DNA from: Podarcis liolepis
Lineage: Eukaryota
Length of the DNA: 64,000 nt
Strand: one strand, 5' to 3'
Assembly: GCA_965112155.1 (NCBI GenBank)
Contig: OZ218113.1
Below are positions 1 through 29,900 of this stretch, piece after piece (within the stretch, counting starts at the first letter, position 1; each line of letters begins with the position of its first letter). Below the pieces are notes generated by a model that saw only the letters and a program-made list of their open reading frames with translations, was not told where the DNA came from and did no database searches. The translations under genes and the position numbers were made by a program.

Positions 1-380
1 CTGGGTGGGCTCAAACCTCCAACCTTCTGGTTAGTTGCCAGGCGCATTGCACCACAGGAGAAGCCATTACTTGTTTATCCTCTGCATCTGTCAATAAGAT
101 TTATCACGGATTGTGTGATCTTCATGATGTGCTCTGGAATGTCAAGATTCATATTCCCCCGTCTGTGGAATGCGCTCCCCAGAGAGGCTCCTCTGGCATG
201 TGCGATACATACCTTTTCGCACCAGGTGAACCTTGCATACACGTGCTTGGGTTTATTAGTACAGTATTTTGCTTCCTTGCAGCAAATTTTAAAACTTTAC
301 ATTCTTAATAAACGCCTGTTAGCACTTTCCAAGAATAAAATCCTCAAATGTGCGGTTGCACAAATGTAACATTTGAAATA

Positions 381-734
381 GGTAAAGGTAAAGGGACCCC
401 TGACCATTAAGTCCAGTCGTGGCCGACTCTGGGGTTGCGGCACTCATCTCGCTTTATTGGCCGAGGGAGCCGGCGTACAGCTTCCGGGTGATTGTGGCCA
501 GCATGACTAAGCCGCTTCTGGTGAACCAGAGCAGCGCATGGAAACGCCGTTTACCTTCCCGCCAGAGCAGTACCTATTTATCTACTTGCACTTTGAGGTG
601 CTTTCAAACTGCTAGGTTGGCAGGAGCAGGGACCGAGCAACGGGAGCTCACCCCGTCACGGGGATTCGAACCGCCGACCTTCTGATCGGCAAGTCCTAGG
701 CTCTGTGGTTTAACCCACAGCACCACCCGCATCC
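381..734 (-). mobile_element. Sauria SINE, full length
   Basis: tRNA-like head and (ACCTTT)n tail on the minus strand; 13-bp TSD AACATTTGAAATA (368-380 and 735-747). Confidence 0.9.
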
Positions 735-1235
735 AACATTTGAAATAACCTCAAATAAAACGCATCTCATTATTTCATAAAAGTTATACACCGCTTGATA
801 GTAAAAACAACTCAAAAGTGGTTTACGAAAAAGAAACGTAAGAATTAGCAGTAATTTAAAGACTTGAAAAGGTAAAAAAAAAAAAAAAAAAACAGAAACT
901 TGCATCTACTTTATGGGTTATTAAACATGATTAAAACCAGCATGACAGGCCCAGACCCTTCACTTTCTTTCTCATCCCGTTCTAGGTGGGGGGGGGGAGG
1001 TTTAGCTTCAGGCATTTTTTTCCATTTCAAAAAAAAATTAAATGAACCGACCCAGTGCAAAGTGCTAAAAAGTGTTTTTTAAAAAAAGCTTTCCCAAAAA
1101 ATAAATCTTCCAATGGTTAAAAAAAAGAAAAGTTGGGGGAGGGGCTGGGAGCCTATTAATGCTAATGAGGAGGCGGAGCTTAATGAGGCAGGCAGGAAGG
1201 GCAGCAAAAGAGGGCGGTCTATTCCTGGGCTCGGC

Positions 1236-17527
<16,292 letters not shown>

Positions 17528-17812
17528 GGGGGAGAAGATCTGTGTTTCAGCGCCTCCTACTTTATTGCAGAGATGCACGTGCGATTAGAGATGGTAGACC
17601 CTGGGTCTGGTTACAAACCAACACAGAGCCCCATTTGCCAGAGTCTGGGCAGAGTAGGAGACTTGGGCCGCCAGTCACTGCATGCCACAGCATTCACTGT
17701 GAGAGTTGAACAGTAAGCCAGAGCGGAGAGTCTCAAGACAGCAAGATAAAAGTGTCCTCTGCCTTTAAGGTGCCTTAGTTAAAGATATATATATATATAC
17801 ATACACAAAATG

Positions 17813-17818
17813 AATAAA
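17813..17818 (+). terminator. Candidate ACADS polyadenylation signal AATAAA
   Basis: First AATAAA after the stop codon (about 285 nt downstream); further copies near 18085-18100. Confidence 0.5.
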
Positions 17819-18429
17819 TTGCACTACCAAGGGTTTGATTTCTCTCTCCTCACCCCACTTTGCACTACAACCTCAGGTTGCATTTAATGGACATTCATTT
17901 GTTTCTTTAAACTACTTCTGTCTGCAGCAGAGATCAGGAGTGCAGAACTGTTATGTGGATAAAAGGCTAAATGAAAACTCTTCTCCAGCATCAGATACTG
18001 CCCTGAATGTTAGTCGGGTGCAAGGGTGGGCACCCACTAAGAATACCCATTGAGACCTGTGGGTATAGGGTAGTATACAAATTTAATAAATAATAATAAA
18101 TAATAATCTGGAAGCATAGTAATTATTGCCATGGACCACTGGCAATAAATGGAAGATTATGTTCATGTTTTTTAGTAGTGGCAACAGATAAAAGTCACAG
18201 CTGCTCTGGGTACTTAGGCAATGTCCTGCTGGTTGGTGAAAGGCATCCTCCTTATCCTCTCTGTGATGTGAAGTGTCTGGGAAAGAAACTGAGATGCCTG
18301 TGCATTTTTTTCTCGCATACAATACGGACTCTTGCCAGCATTCCTTCTGCTGGGGTCTCCGCTATGTGGGTTCTCACTTGCAGGGGGAGAAAGAGACCAA
18401 CCTTGGACTCTGCAAAGCTTTCCACATCT

Positions 18430-18558
18430 CAGCCTGGATGTTGGGTAGAGTACAGCGCTGGTAATGCCAAGGTTGCAGGTTCAATCCCCGTTTGGGACAG
18501 CTGCATATTCCTCCATTGCGAGGGGCTGGATCCTCAGACTCTACAACTCTATGATTCG
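18430..18558 (+). mobile_element. tRNA-derived SINE with CR1-type 3' end
   Basis: B-box GGTTCAATCCC; ends ACAACTCTATGATTC. Confidence 0.6.
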
Positions 18559-18591
18559 ATCAAAGCAGTTAAGGCCTTTGACAGTGTAAAG

Positions 18592-18823
18592 CAGGGGTCG
18601 GCAAAGTTTTTGTGGCTTGGGCCGGTTCACGGTCCCGCAGACGCCGCGGTGGACCGGAGTGCATATGCATGCATGCGCAAACACTATTTCCAGCATGGAG
18701 CAGGCGTGCGCAGCTTCCCACTGGCTGCAGGAACTCCCCAAGTGGGCGGTGGGGGTCCATGGGCCGGTTAAACGACCCCCGTGGGGCACTTGTGACCCAT
18801 GGGCCGTAGGTTGCTGACCCCTG
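18592..18823. mobile_element. hAT (Charlie-type) non-autonomous element
   Basis: TIR CAGGGGTCGGCAA / TTGCTGACCCCTG; perfect 8-bp TSD GTGTAAAG. Confidence 0.88.
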
Positions 18824-19137
18824 GTGTAAAGAGCAATTAAGAGTAACTGCTATAGCAAATGCTCTCACAGCTAATGGCTCCTCTTCAGTTGGGCAAGGAG
18901 ATTTAAGATGCAGGCCACTTACTCCACTCTAAAAATACAACCAAACCCCACCTCCTTGCCGAATTTCTAAAATCAATGTTTAGAATTACACACAGCCATC
19001 TGTGGCTGATTTCCACCTTACCTACCATGGATAACAATTATTACAATACAACATTGTACATACAGGATGAGGTGTGGTGGCTATTCAGTATGACAACTAA
19101 ATAGAACAAACTTCAAGCAGCAGTGGCACTCTAAACA

Positions 19138-19280
19138 ATCACCTGACATTCAGAAGACATCTTAAGGCAGCCCTGTTCAGGGAAGTTTTTAATATGTAAC
19201 GCTGTACTGTTTTTAACACTTGATTGGGAGCCGCCCAGAGTGGCTGGGCAAACTCAGCCAGATGGGCGGGGTATAAATAA

Positions 19281-19336
<56 letters not shown>
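19138..19336 (+). mobile_element. L2-type LINE 3' end with a long (ATT)n tail
   Basis: GGGAGCCGCCCAGAGTGGCTGG...CAGATGGGCGGGGTATAAAT, then (ATT)n at 19281-19336. Confidence 0.75.
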
Positions 19337-19994
19337 CATCATCACCATCATCTACATTTTACTATAGGATTTTAGCACTAGACAACTGATGAGAGAAGTC
19401 AGCTTTCTAACCTGTTTTATGAATGTGTCGAAAATAACTTGCTGGTTACAACGGAAACTGTTCTGGACTTGGTGGCCCTTTGGTCTGAAGCAGCAGAACG
19501 AGCTCCTAGTGGGAACATAACACTCTCAGCACCACTTGCAGTAAGAAGCCAGGGTAGACGTGGCCATCCCTGTTCTGTATGCAAATCCTACTTCCTCCAC
19601 ACCAGAAACACTTCTCTGGGGACACTCACACCCCACGATAACCTAGAAAGGCCATAAACATGTTTAATTTGATGCCTGAGAAAAATCCCAAAGCTGCTTT
19701 CTTGTTTACTTGGGGAATTAGTCTGCCTGGCCTCATCTAAAGCATGAATGAAAGATGTGGCTTCCGGCAGAGTGCATTGTGCTCACAAGCCAACTTGGGC
19801 TCCCAGTTTCAATTAAAAAAACAAACCAAACTTAACCCAACAAGTTTTTCTTAATTTAAAGAGGGCAATTGGCAACCAGCGTAACTTATTCAGCATTTTA
19901 TCAAGCTTGCCGGATCTGCAGTTCGGTTTGTGGTAAGTGAAGGTCAGTGAATTCCCTTGCCTCTTTCCTGGGAACTATGCAGCAAGCAACCTGT

Positions 19995-20368
19995 CCATTT
20001 ACTATTTTTTATACCACCCTTCATCAAAACACAAGTAAAAGCACAAATAAATAGAACAAAAACAACACCCTCAACACACACACACCAAACATTTAAAAGG
20101 CTGTAGAATGTTAATCATCCAAAGACCTGGTTGAAGAACCTTTTCACAAGGCACCTAAAGATATATAAGGTGCCAGGCAAACCTCTTTAGGGAGAGCATT
20201 TCATAAACGGGGAGCCACTGCAGAAAAGGCCCGTTCTCATGTTGCCACCCTCCAGACCTCGTGTGGAGGCACACAAAGAAGGGCTTCAGAGGAAGAACAC
20301 AGGGCTGGGATCGGTTCATATGAAAAGAGGCAGTCTTTGAGGTATGGTGGTCCTGAGCAATTTACAGC
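19995..20368 (-). mobile_element. L2-type LINE 3' fragment
   Basis: Reverse complement of the family seen on + at 15810-16050, 21490-21930 and 50710-50875. Confidence 0.6.
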
Positions 20369-20385
20369 TACTGCTTTGCTAATAT

Positions 20386-21037
20386 CTTCTTCTTTGGAGA
20401 TCCACTCATAGCAGAGTAAGATTGTCTTCCATTAACAATGAGTCCAAGTGACTGTGAAGGCCAATTCTGGATCCACATGTCTTTCCACAGTGGGGACATT
20501 GGTTTCTGGGCAGGAGTTGATCACGGTGTGGATTTGCCAAGCGTGCCTTCCTCCTAGCACATTTCTCCCTTGCATCCTGAATTTGAGTGTCTTCAAACCC
20601 ATGACACCTTTGGTAAGGGCTGTTCTCCAACTGGAGCGCTTGCAGGCCAGTGTTTCCCAGTTGTCAGTGTTTATACTACATTTTTAAAGATTTGCCTTGA
20701 GACAGTCTTTAAACCTCTTTTGTTGACCACCAGCATTACGCTTTCCATTTTTAAGTTCGGAATAGAGTAGTTGCTTTGGAAGACGATCATCAGGCATCCA
20801 CACAACATGACCAGTCCAACAAAGTTGATGTTGAAGAATCATCGCTTCCACAGTGGTGATCTTTGCTTCTTCCAGTACACTGATATTAGTTTGCCTGTCT
20901 TCCCAAGTGATGTGTAAAATTTTTCAGAGACACGGTTGATGGAATCTTTCGAGGAGTTGGAGATGGCGTTTATAAGTGGTCCATGTTTCACAAGCATATA
21001 GTAAGGTTGGTAGTACAATAGCTTTGTAAACAAGCAT
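20386..21037 (-). mobile_element. RTE-clade LINE 3' fragment, frameshifted
   Basis: C-terminal CPHCGKTCGSRIGLHSHL zinc finger; (GAA)n tail; TSD TTTGC(T/A)AATAT (20375-20385 and 21038-21048). Confidence 0.85.
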
Positions 21038-21289
21038 TTTGCAAATATAACCCTTGTGGGGCACGTCAAGTGATTTATGACAGTTTTTGCTCCTCAAAAA
21101 CTGTTGGGAGACATTTCTCCCCCAAATAGTTTACCGCCAGCTCTCAGTGCTCTTCAACTGCACGGTTTTACTTTCAAACACCAGCCTCTGCAAGCTCCAA
21201 GCCCATAGGGAGAATGGAAAGATAATCATGACAGAATCAGGATTCACGATTACATTAACTGAAGCCCTTGGGAAAACTGGACCCAAACG

Positions 21290-21480
21290 AACAAGATTAA
21301 TTTAAATGGGGACAAGGCTCTACACCTAGGCAGGAATAATCAGCAGCCCCAATATTAGATGGGGGACACCTGGTTTGCCATTATTACATGTGAAAAGGAT
21401 CTAGGGGTTCTTGGTAGACCACAAGCTTAACATGAGTCAACAGTGTGATGCAGCAGCAAATAAAGCTAATACTATTCTGC
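21290..21480 (+). mobile_element. CR1 LINE RT fragment
   Basis: LHLGRNN...CEKDLGV / VDHKLNMSQQCDAAANKAN motif. Confidence 0.8.
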
Positions 21481-21489
21481 GCTATTCTA

Positions 21490-21930
21490 TGGTTTTGACC
21501 TATAAAGCTTTAGACAGCTCAGGACCTCAATACCTCAAAAACCACCTCTCCCCATATGAACTGATCCAGACTCTGCAACCATCATCTGAGGCCCTTCTTC
21601 ATGTTTCCTCCCCCCCCCCCCTGGAGGTTTGAAGGGTTTAAACACGAGAACAGGCCTCTCTTTTTTTGCACTAGCTTATTTTGGGGGATGCTCTCCCCAA
21701 GGAGGCTCACCTGGTGCCTTCATTACATATCATTAGGCACCAGGCAAAACCTTTCTCTTCACCCAGGTGTTCGGCTGATTAACATTCCACGACCTTTTAA
21801 ATGTGTCTGTGGGAAGGGTGTTATTATTTTGTTTTGCTTTGCTTTTGTTTTATTAGGTATCTTGCATTTTTGTTGTGAACCGCCCTATAATCTTCAGATG
21901 AAGGGCGGCATACAAATTTAATTAATAAAT
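21490..21930 (+). mobile_element. L2-type LINE 3' fragment
   Basis: Encodes VLTYKALDSSGPQYLKNHL (L2 ORF2 end), then GTGAACCGCCC...GAAGGGCGG 3' end. Confidence 0.7.
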
Positions 21931-23324
21931 AATGATGAGGATGGACAAGCATCCTCATCAGTTCAAGAATTTAACTTCCAGATGCTGTGCCCCCCCAACA
22001 TGCTGCAGACAAAGGAAGCACAAAAAAAATCCAAAGCCATTTTTTGTCCACTGAAGACTGAACACTTCACCACCCCTTCCAATTCAATACAATGCGGCTG
22101 CAGCCACTGTAGAATTCATGGCACTTGCTAGGGGTAGAATCCAACTTGGTGCCACTACTCTCAACCTAACCACGTAAAGATTTCTTGTTGAGCAATTGAA
22201 TGTTTCCCCCTCCATGTGAACACCCACTAAATGTGGTCTGTTCCTCCGACCTCCTGGAAGGGTTCTGCGGAGAGCACAAGGGAGGCGACGCAGCAGTTGA
22301 ATAGGTTTTCAGCAAAAGACATTTCAACAGCACTGTGTGCCCTTAATTCCCCAAGGCGGTGCCAGTGAAGCAAGCAAAGGGCTTCAGGAACTGCACAGGA
22401 CTGCTGAGTAAAGCCCTAGACTTGTCAACACAATACAATGAGGTTGGGCAGGCACTACCCTGGCCAACGCCTCCTGGCCCAATCCCAAATTACACAACAG
22501 TGGGATTAACAGCTGCTGCTTCCACAGGAAAACCTGCTTTGTAAAGAGAGCCAGGATACTGGACAAATTGATTACGGTGAAGTTGGCATCGTGATAGCTC
22601 GTGTGGCAAAATGGCTCCAAAGACTGCTGCGAATCAGGGAGCCTCCTGCTTCAGTTCCACCAGCAATGAGCACACAACAGACCACTGTCCCCCTCAGCAG
22701 GAGGGCACATAACAGGGTGATATTATGGCTGTTCAGGACAGAAACACAATACAAAGGAATATACTTAAGCCCTATTTGAAGTATCACTAGTAGTGGAATA
22801 AATGAATCCGTTTCTTACAGAACTAGCATAAACCCAGTTAAACCAGATGAGAGTTTTAAGTGATCATAAATGCACAGCAGGTACGTAATGTTGAAGGTTG
22901 TGGAACATCAACTATAAAATCACACCTTCCTCCTGCAGTGGAAAGTCAAAGCAGAAAATGCTACCTGTCTTAAGGGCTGTTATTTAACCCACTATTGTAC
23001 AGTGTTTCGCCTCCTTATGTGCTGAGAGAGCTGGTTATTACAAAAGGTTTTTTAAAAAGAATTCTGAGTAAACAGGGCCTTGAGAGTCAATGCCTCAATT
23101 ATGTATAATTTCCACACAGTTGGTTTTAGGAAATCTTAGAGAACTACAGGCAGCAAATTAATGGGCACTCTGGATGATGGTGGGGCATTAATTACTGCAC
23201 CATGACAGAGTCAGATTCCACTGCTATATAATCCAATTTGAAACTGCTGAGTTTTAAAGTAAGATTTACATGGCATGGAGAGCCTTTCCACCAGTTTGTA
23301 CTACATGTAATCTGGGTTTATCAT

Positions 23325-23592
23325 GAAGGCCACCAACCTTGATGTCTTTGAAAGATTAGACAAATTCATGGAGGAGAGGGCTATCAATGGCAACTAGCCA
23401 TGAAGGCTATGTTCTGCTTCCACAGTTGGAATGCTTCTGAATACCAGTTGCTGGAAACCAGAAGAAGGGAGAGTGTTTTTGTGCAGAAATCCTGCCGGGA
23501 GGTTTCCTGCAGACATCCGGTTGGTCACAGTGAGACCAGGATGCTGCACTAGATGGGTCCCCTTTGGCCTGACGCAGCAGGCTTGTCTTAGG
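23325..23592 (+). mobile_element. CR1 LINE 3' end
   Basis: Same family as 8855-9142. Confidence 0.7.
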
Positions 23593-25249
23593 TACTGAAG
23601 GCTGCTTCTAGCGAAGGTGGCCAGACCGGCTTCCTGCATGTTTCGAAGTGTGCTTGCCACATGCAGCTAGTGGAGGAACCGGGCAGGAGGGCCACAGCAA
23701 ATTACTATCCTCTTGGGTTGGCCCCACTGGTGCCTTTGCTACTTGACTCAAAACACAGGCATCTTGCACCAATTCTAAATTCACTAGAAAAGCCCATCCT
23801 CACAGGAACACTGATCGTTTGGTATATATATATTTAAGCAACAAATAGTTAATTCATACTGACAACTAGGCTGCTAAGCTGAGGATGAACAATGCTATGA
23901 TGCTGTCTGAAAAAGTTAATGACCAGGTGCTTTTCATTTTAAAAATTACAAATATATCCTTCACAACTGCAAGTAACAATTTGTAATTATTAGGACAGCA
24001 AATCAATAAAAGTTCTGCCATTTGGAGGGGGTATGTTGGCTGTTTGGCCGTATTAATAAAACATTCATATTCATTTAGAGGGGGCTTCAATGGTCCTTTG
24101 TCCTGCCCCCCATCCCACTGCCAGACCTCCAACCTAGTATTGTCTTTCACATACCCAAATCTGAGAACAGCTGGCTCATGGCTCACACTTCCAAAGTCTA
24201 GGTACTTTGGCTTAGGGGTGCGCAAGTTATGCAAAGCAAGCACATGTTAGAATAAATTAAATGGAATGTTTAGGATACAGAACTCCCAGCAGAATGTAGG
24301 AAATGGGTGCTCTTCATACACAACTCTTCTGTTCCTTTAATAAAAATCTTACCTCTCCGCAGGTGACCAAACAGAATGAGTCTTCAGTATTGTAGCATAT
24401 AAGTGGACCTTGCCAATCCCCACAAATGAAACTTTTGAACACAGCCCTCCTTTTTTGCAAGCCAAGTCTCCTGCTCTGCCGGCTGAACAAACCAACATGA
24501 ACATTATTTTCAATATTTGCGGCTTTGCAAAAGAACTTTACACTGTGATCTGTTCAAATGAGGTTCCTGAGCATGTCTCCTGAAACAATGCATCTTAAAA
24601 AATAATAATAATCCTAGTGTCCACAAGGATGGTTAAGAACTGTTCTTGGCAAAAGAACTTTAGGATAAAGCAGGGCTTAGTTAATTCTGTGTGGAGTCGT
24701 ATGCAAGAATTGTATGCAGCTGTTCCCTAAATCATTTAGGAACGACCCAACCAATCCCAACTTTTCAGCTCATAACCTCTGACACGTAAAAAAAAGGCAG
24801 CGGTAGATGGGGGTGAAATAGCATTTCCTTTAAGCATTTTCTTCCAAGATTTTGCTTGTCCTCAGCATGGTATGAGGGCAAATGAAGAGAACTCAGCAGG
24901 TCTCAGTCAATGCGTGGGTGGAGCAAGGAGAAGACCACCTCAGGATCCCACATTTGCTGCCCTGAGCTCCACGATAGAAGAAAGGGTACAATATAAATGT
25001 GGTAAATAAACAAATAAAAATATGTGGTTTCCATAATTATTTATTATCTTCTGGTCCTGTTTCCTCCCTCAAGGCAGCTTCTAATTCATAAAGCATAAGA
25101 CCAGCCCTGCTGGATCAGGCCAGAAGTGCACCCAGTATCCTGTTTCCCAAGGTAGTCAAGCCAGATGCTCCTGGAAAGCTCTCACAGGACATGAAGACAC
25201 AGCCCTCCCCAGAAAGAATTGAGGAAGCAGCAAGAAAAGGGGGGAAGGG

Positions 25250-26851
25250 GAGAAAATATTCAGTAAAATGATTCCCTAATCTGGTCTAGGACAAGAAGGG
25301 TCTTAAAACCACCACCTAATGCCAGGAATTCCCAGAATCTGGGCTAAGCTAATACACACCCCAATACAGGGGCAGGTCTTTTAAACCAGTGGGCAGAAAG
25401 GAAACTTTCATTTTTGACAGGAAAGATAAGTTCATCTTAGGAACCTTTGAAACAGTTAAAAATAACATAGCCAGGACAATTTGTTTAGAAAAGTCCACGT
25501 TTTAAGAGACTCCCAGGTACAAAGCAGTCATCACAAACTTTGACCAATCACAACAGCAGAGGACAGGATTCTCTCTTTCTCTTTCTCTCTCCCTTTTTTT
25601 TTTAAACGTAAGGGAATGGGGGGAAATACAGCACACTAATCAAACAATGCAAAAAAAAATACAAAAAATAGAAAATAGAAAAAATGTATTTACAAGTCAT
25701 ACATTACTATGATCAGAACGCACAGAGACAACAGCTGCTATAATACATGCACAGGGTCAAGAGGGGAGCTACTAAAAACCTGTAATGGATTAAGTTGTAA
25801 AAAACAAACCCACAAACAAAAATAGGGGTTCGGCCGGGGGGGGGGGTCAAGGGCTTCAGCTTTCTCCCTCCCCTAAGTCTGCTACATTGATTGAAAAATC
25901 AAAGAATCCCCTAAAATCCAGGAGCACACTAAGTACAAAATACTACACTGGTTGTTGTTTTTTTTAACTGAAGCTTCACTCATGGAGGGAAATGGGAAAG
26001 ACAGCAGCATATTTGCAGATCCATATACAAGAAAGCCCAGAGTAAACTGCTCTACATGCTAAAAATTACAGCAAGCCCCTGTCAGCTACAAAGCATGATC
26101 CTAGCAGGTTTTCCCATTGCATGTGTGTGTGTGTTTCTGTGTATGCATTTGTGTGTGTATAAAAGTCGTGCCCTTGTTCACTGCAACATGACATCTGGGT
26201 GGAAATGTAACTTGTTTACAACAAAGTCTTTATATCGTGTACTGCAAGAAGTCACTCAAATGTCTGTGGATTTAATAAGTCACCTCACACCACAGAACAT
26301 ATTTAATAAATTTGAATGGGGGAAAAAAAGATTATAGCGACAGAAAAACCTCTGTCTCAGTTCTCTCTGAAACCGGAGTCCAACAGAAAACTGGTCTCAA
26401 AGTACTTGTAGGGTTTCCCAAGAAACTCCAAGCGCAGTGACCATTTGTCTCCTCTTAGTGTTCACAAGTTCCTCAATGACTCTATGCCGTTTTCACCAGA
26501 AAGTGTCTGTCAGTCTGCCTCCTCCTCCTTCTCCCCTGAGGAACACCGGATGGCCTAGCACTAATCCGTAAGGAGGAGGAGGAGGAGGGGAAGGAAGAAG
26601 AGGGAGGCGGCTGCCATGGCAAACTGTCTCCAGTTCCAAGAAGGGAGGGGAAAAGCCCCACTCCCTTGACCACCACCACCAAAATGCCTTTGCTCTTTCC
26701 TCCTTTTCCCAGAAAGCAAGTCCATTTGTACAAGTTCCACAAACTGGTAATTCTCTCCTGAGTACCAGCCCAGCCACAGGGACGGACAACCAAGCTGTGA
26801 GCCACAAAAAAAGGACCAGGCAGAAGTTCCGGTCACTTTCCATCCGTTCCA
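25250..26851 (-). other. SPPL3: Probable long SPPL3 3' UTR; 3' end uncertain
   Basis: TE-free, U-rich on the minus strand; Pumilio element UGUAAAUA at 25687-25694; nearest minus-strand AATAAA at 25040-25045. Confidence 0.5.
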
Positions 26852-26923
26852 TCATACCTCCAGGAAACGTGAGCTGCTGGTCTTGGAGTGGAATGGTTCA
26901 GACCACATGCGACGCAGATCTCC
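26852..26923 (-). CDS. SPPL3: SPPL3 exon 11 coding part ([23 protein letters not shown])
   Basis: ccttag acceptor; TGA at 26852-26854. Confidence 0.96.
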   Translation of the reverse strand, partial: GDLRRMWSEPFHSKTSSSRFLEV

Positions 26924-29900
26924 CTAAGGAAAGGGACAGAAGAGTGAGCAACTGAGAGTGCACAGACTCACAGAGTTCAAAGGGGCTGCTCCTGCACCCA
27001 GATTATAACAGGCTGCTAAAGCTCCCTTTTGGGGCAAGGGGCTCAAAGATGGCAAAATTCAGAAAGTGAAGCTGGACGATGAATATTTTGCTCTGTAACA
27101 TTTACGCCAGGGGGATCCAACATGGCGCCCTCCGGATGTTTGGGGCTACAACTCCCATCAGCCCCAGCCCACAAGGAAGGGCCAGGCCTGCAGTGCTTCC
27201 ATGGTATCAAGTGCCCTCTGGCAGCTCAGGCTGATATAGCAGAGACCTCTTTGGATGCACCAGCTGGAGGTACGACAGGCAGCGACAGGTAGTGGCATCA
27301 CCCAAATCAGGGAATGCTCCCCTAGCACCCATCTTGACATCATTTCATTACCAGACAACTGTGAACTTTAATACCTGCTAAGTGGGCTTTTCTGCTGACT
27401 TTCAGGTATTTATTTTATTGTATTTGTTTAGAGGAGTTGTTGTTGTTGTTCTTGTTGTTGTACAGGCAACTCCCCACTTACGCAGGGATTACATTCCAGA
27501 CCCCCGTGAGCATAAGTGAAAGGTAAGTGGGGAACCTTGTCAGGGCAGGGAACTAGGGTGATTTCTTCTTCTTTTACAACAAAAAAGTTCAGAGCTCTTT
27601 GGAACCCTACATAACAAAAAGCAACCTATACTGTATCTTTGCCTCCAGATCGCCAGAACGGACAGGGAACAGGACTGAGCCCGCCGCATTACAGCTTCCT
27701 GCCCAACAGCTGTTGAGCGGGATAGCCTGGCAGCAGCGAAGGCTCCCGTGCACTATTTTGAAGCCCACAAGTTTTTTTCTGCCTTTAAAACCTCTTCAGG
27801 CTCTGGGGAGTGTCTCCTTGCGAGTCACAAGGACTTTCCAGCTCTCTCCCACCATTTCCAGGTTTGAACTGATTTATATTTATTTATTTCGTGGAGTTGC
27901 CCTATATGCGGTTGCGCCCAAGTAAAGCACGTGTAAGTGGGGAGGTATATAGTATATACTGTATAGTATATACAGTATATAGTGGTAGTATGTTGTAGGA
28001 TGCATATATCCTAACAAAAATAACTTCTCTTTTTTGCTGCTTTCAGTGGCTGTGCACAGCAATTCAAAAGGATGGGCCTTGCAATAGCACAGCAGATGCT
28101 AGGGAGGGGAGGGGGTTAGACAGTACATCACTGATGTGCCCAAGGAGATTCCCACAGACATGACTCCCAACACTCCTCTCACCTTTAAATAGGCCATAGT
28201 GAGGAGTGGCAATAAGGTGAAGGGTACCAAGTAGAGGAGGGCGGGCTGAGCTGCCCGGTGGATGCGAGAAGCGACCGTCGCAGTTAAGAGGCCTGCAATA
28301 TAAGAAAAGACAAGATGACATGACAGCACCCAAATGGGCGCCTTTCTCTCTTAGATGATGTATTTGCTGTTTTGTTTTCTCTTGAGAGAGAGACACTGTG
28401 TATCATGGCAGGATAATTCCACAATGCAAACTGCACCAAGGTCAAGTGAACGGCTTCCTGAACTAAAGTTCTGTTAACAGCTTTTAAATAATAAGCCTCT
28501 GCTTTAACTTTCCAGAGCAAATGGCTTCTAATCTCATGGTAGTGAGGAAAAACTTCAAAGCACAGAAATGATCTTTGTGGCAGAGAGACAGAAGGCAAAG
28601 GCAAAGAGACAGAAGGCAAGTTTGCCCCTGAGCTCTTTTGCTCCTTCCTTTAATTGCCCTCTGCCCTCCAAAACCAATTTCCTCTTTGCAAATCCCCTAA
28701 ACACACATGTTTTGTACACATACTTTGCAAGCAGTCAACACATCAAACATGCATGGCTATTCTTGGTATTGTGCTTTCAGTATCTAGATTTAAGATACCC
28801 TTTGTTGGAAAGTTTTTTTAAAAACATCAAAATCCTGCTTGTAACAAAGACAATTTCTCAAAATAAAAACAAGTTTGCTTTAATTCCTGTTCCAGAAGCC
28901 TATAAATGGAGCTCACGTGTTTACAAAATAGTTCCCAATGAAATTTTAAGTCTTGCAATTTAACCATTCCAATTCTTTAACAGTCACTGCCAATGGAAGA
29001 CTTCTGTCCTCTTGTTTTTTCAATATCAGCCTGATGCCAAGTGATTGAATTCCATTCACTATTTGGAAAGACAACGTTAGCACACCCCAAAGTGCAACCG
29101 TTGCTCTGTCTCTCAATCCCAGAAACTTATCCTACAGCACACTTTTAAAGCTTCCTCTTCTATCACTCTTCAGTTCAGGTTTACAAACAGCAACTTTGTC
29201 TACTCGCTTTTGGCAAATAAAACCAACGTGCTCCAAACCAAGATGTCTGCATGAGCACCTTCTAACCTTTAAGAAAAACATTACAGTTAAAAGCATCTTG
29301 CACACAATTGCAAGATACATCAAACTTTAAAGGTGTGTGGGGGGGGGAGATTCATCCAGACTGCACTCACCACATCAACTTCTGCACACATCCCTCCCCC
29401 TTACCTACGAAGTATCCAATGAGTGTGCAGTGAAAATAGGAGACTTTCTGCATGCGGCCAGAGATGTTCCCTGGTCCTGGAGCACCACAGGAATCGCTGT
29501 TGGCTTGCTTCTTGTAGTTATCATAACGCAGGACAAAGCAGAGAAGGAGGCCAGGCATCACAATGTCTCCAATTCCCAGCATGGAGAAGTGGCTGCCTGT
29601 GGAACTGGAAAACAAGGAGCTAGGTTAACCTTTCTTCTCTGACCAACCATCAGCACACAGACCCTCGGGTTAGGGTGCAAGCAAAAAGGAAACCACTTTC
29701 CTAATTGTGGCCCCAACGCTTCTTGGGTTCTTCTTAAAACAGCATATCTACCACAAAACAATTTCCCAAGAGCAAAATGTAAAGAAGCCTCAGTAAAGGA
29801 TGGGAGGCAAAAAGGTGACTCCTACCTTGGAAATACAAGTTTGCCAGGCAGCGACAAGCGGGGGACATCTCGACCTACATTTGGTCCAAGGTGGAGCTTC

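Noticed and set aside
22591-22779. Short intergenic ORFs between ACADS and SPPL3
   Set aside because: Lengths expected by chance, several with non-ATG starts, and no motif support.
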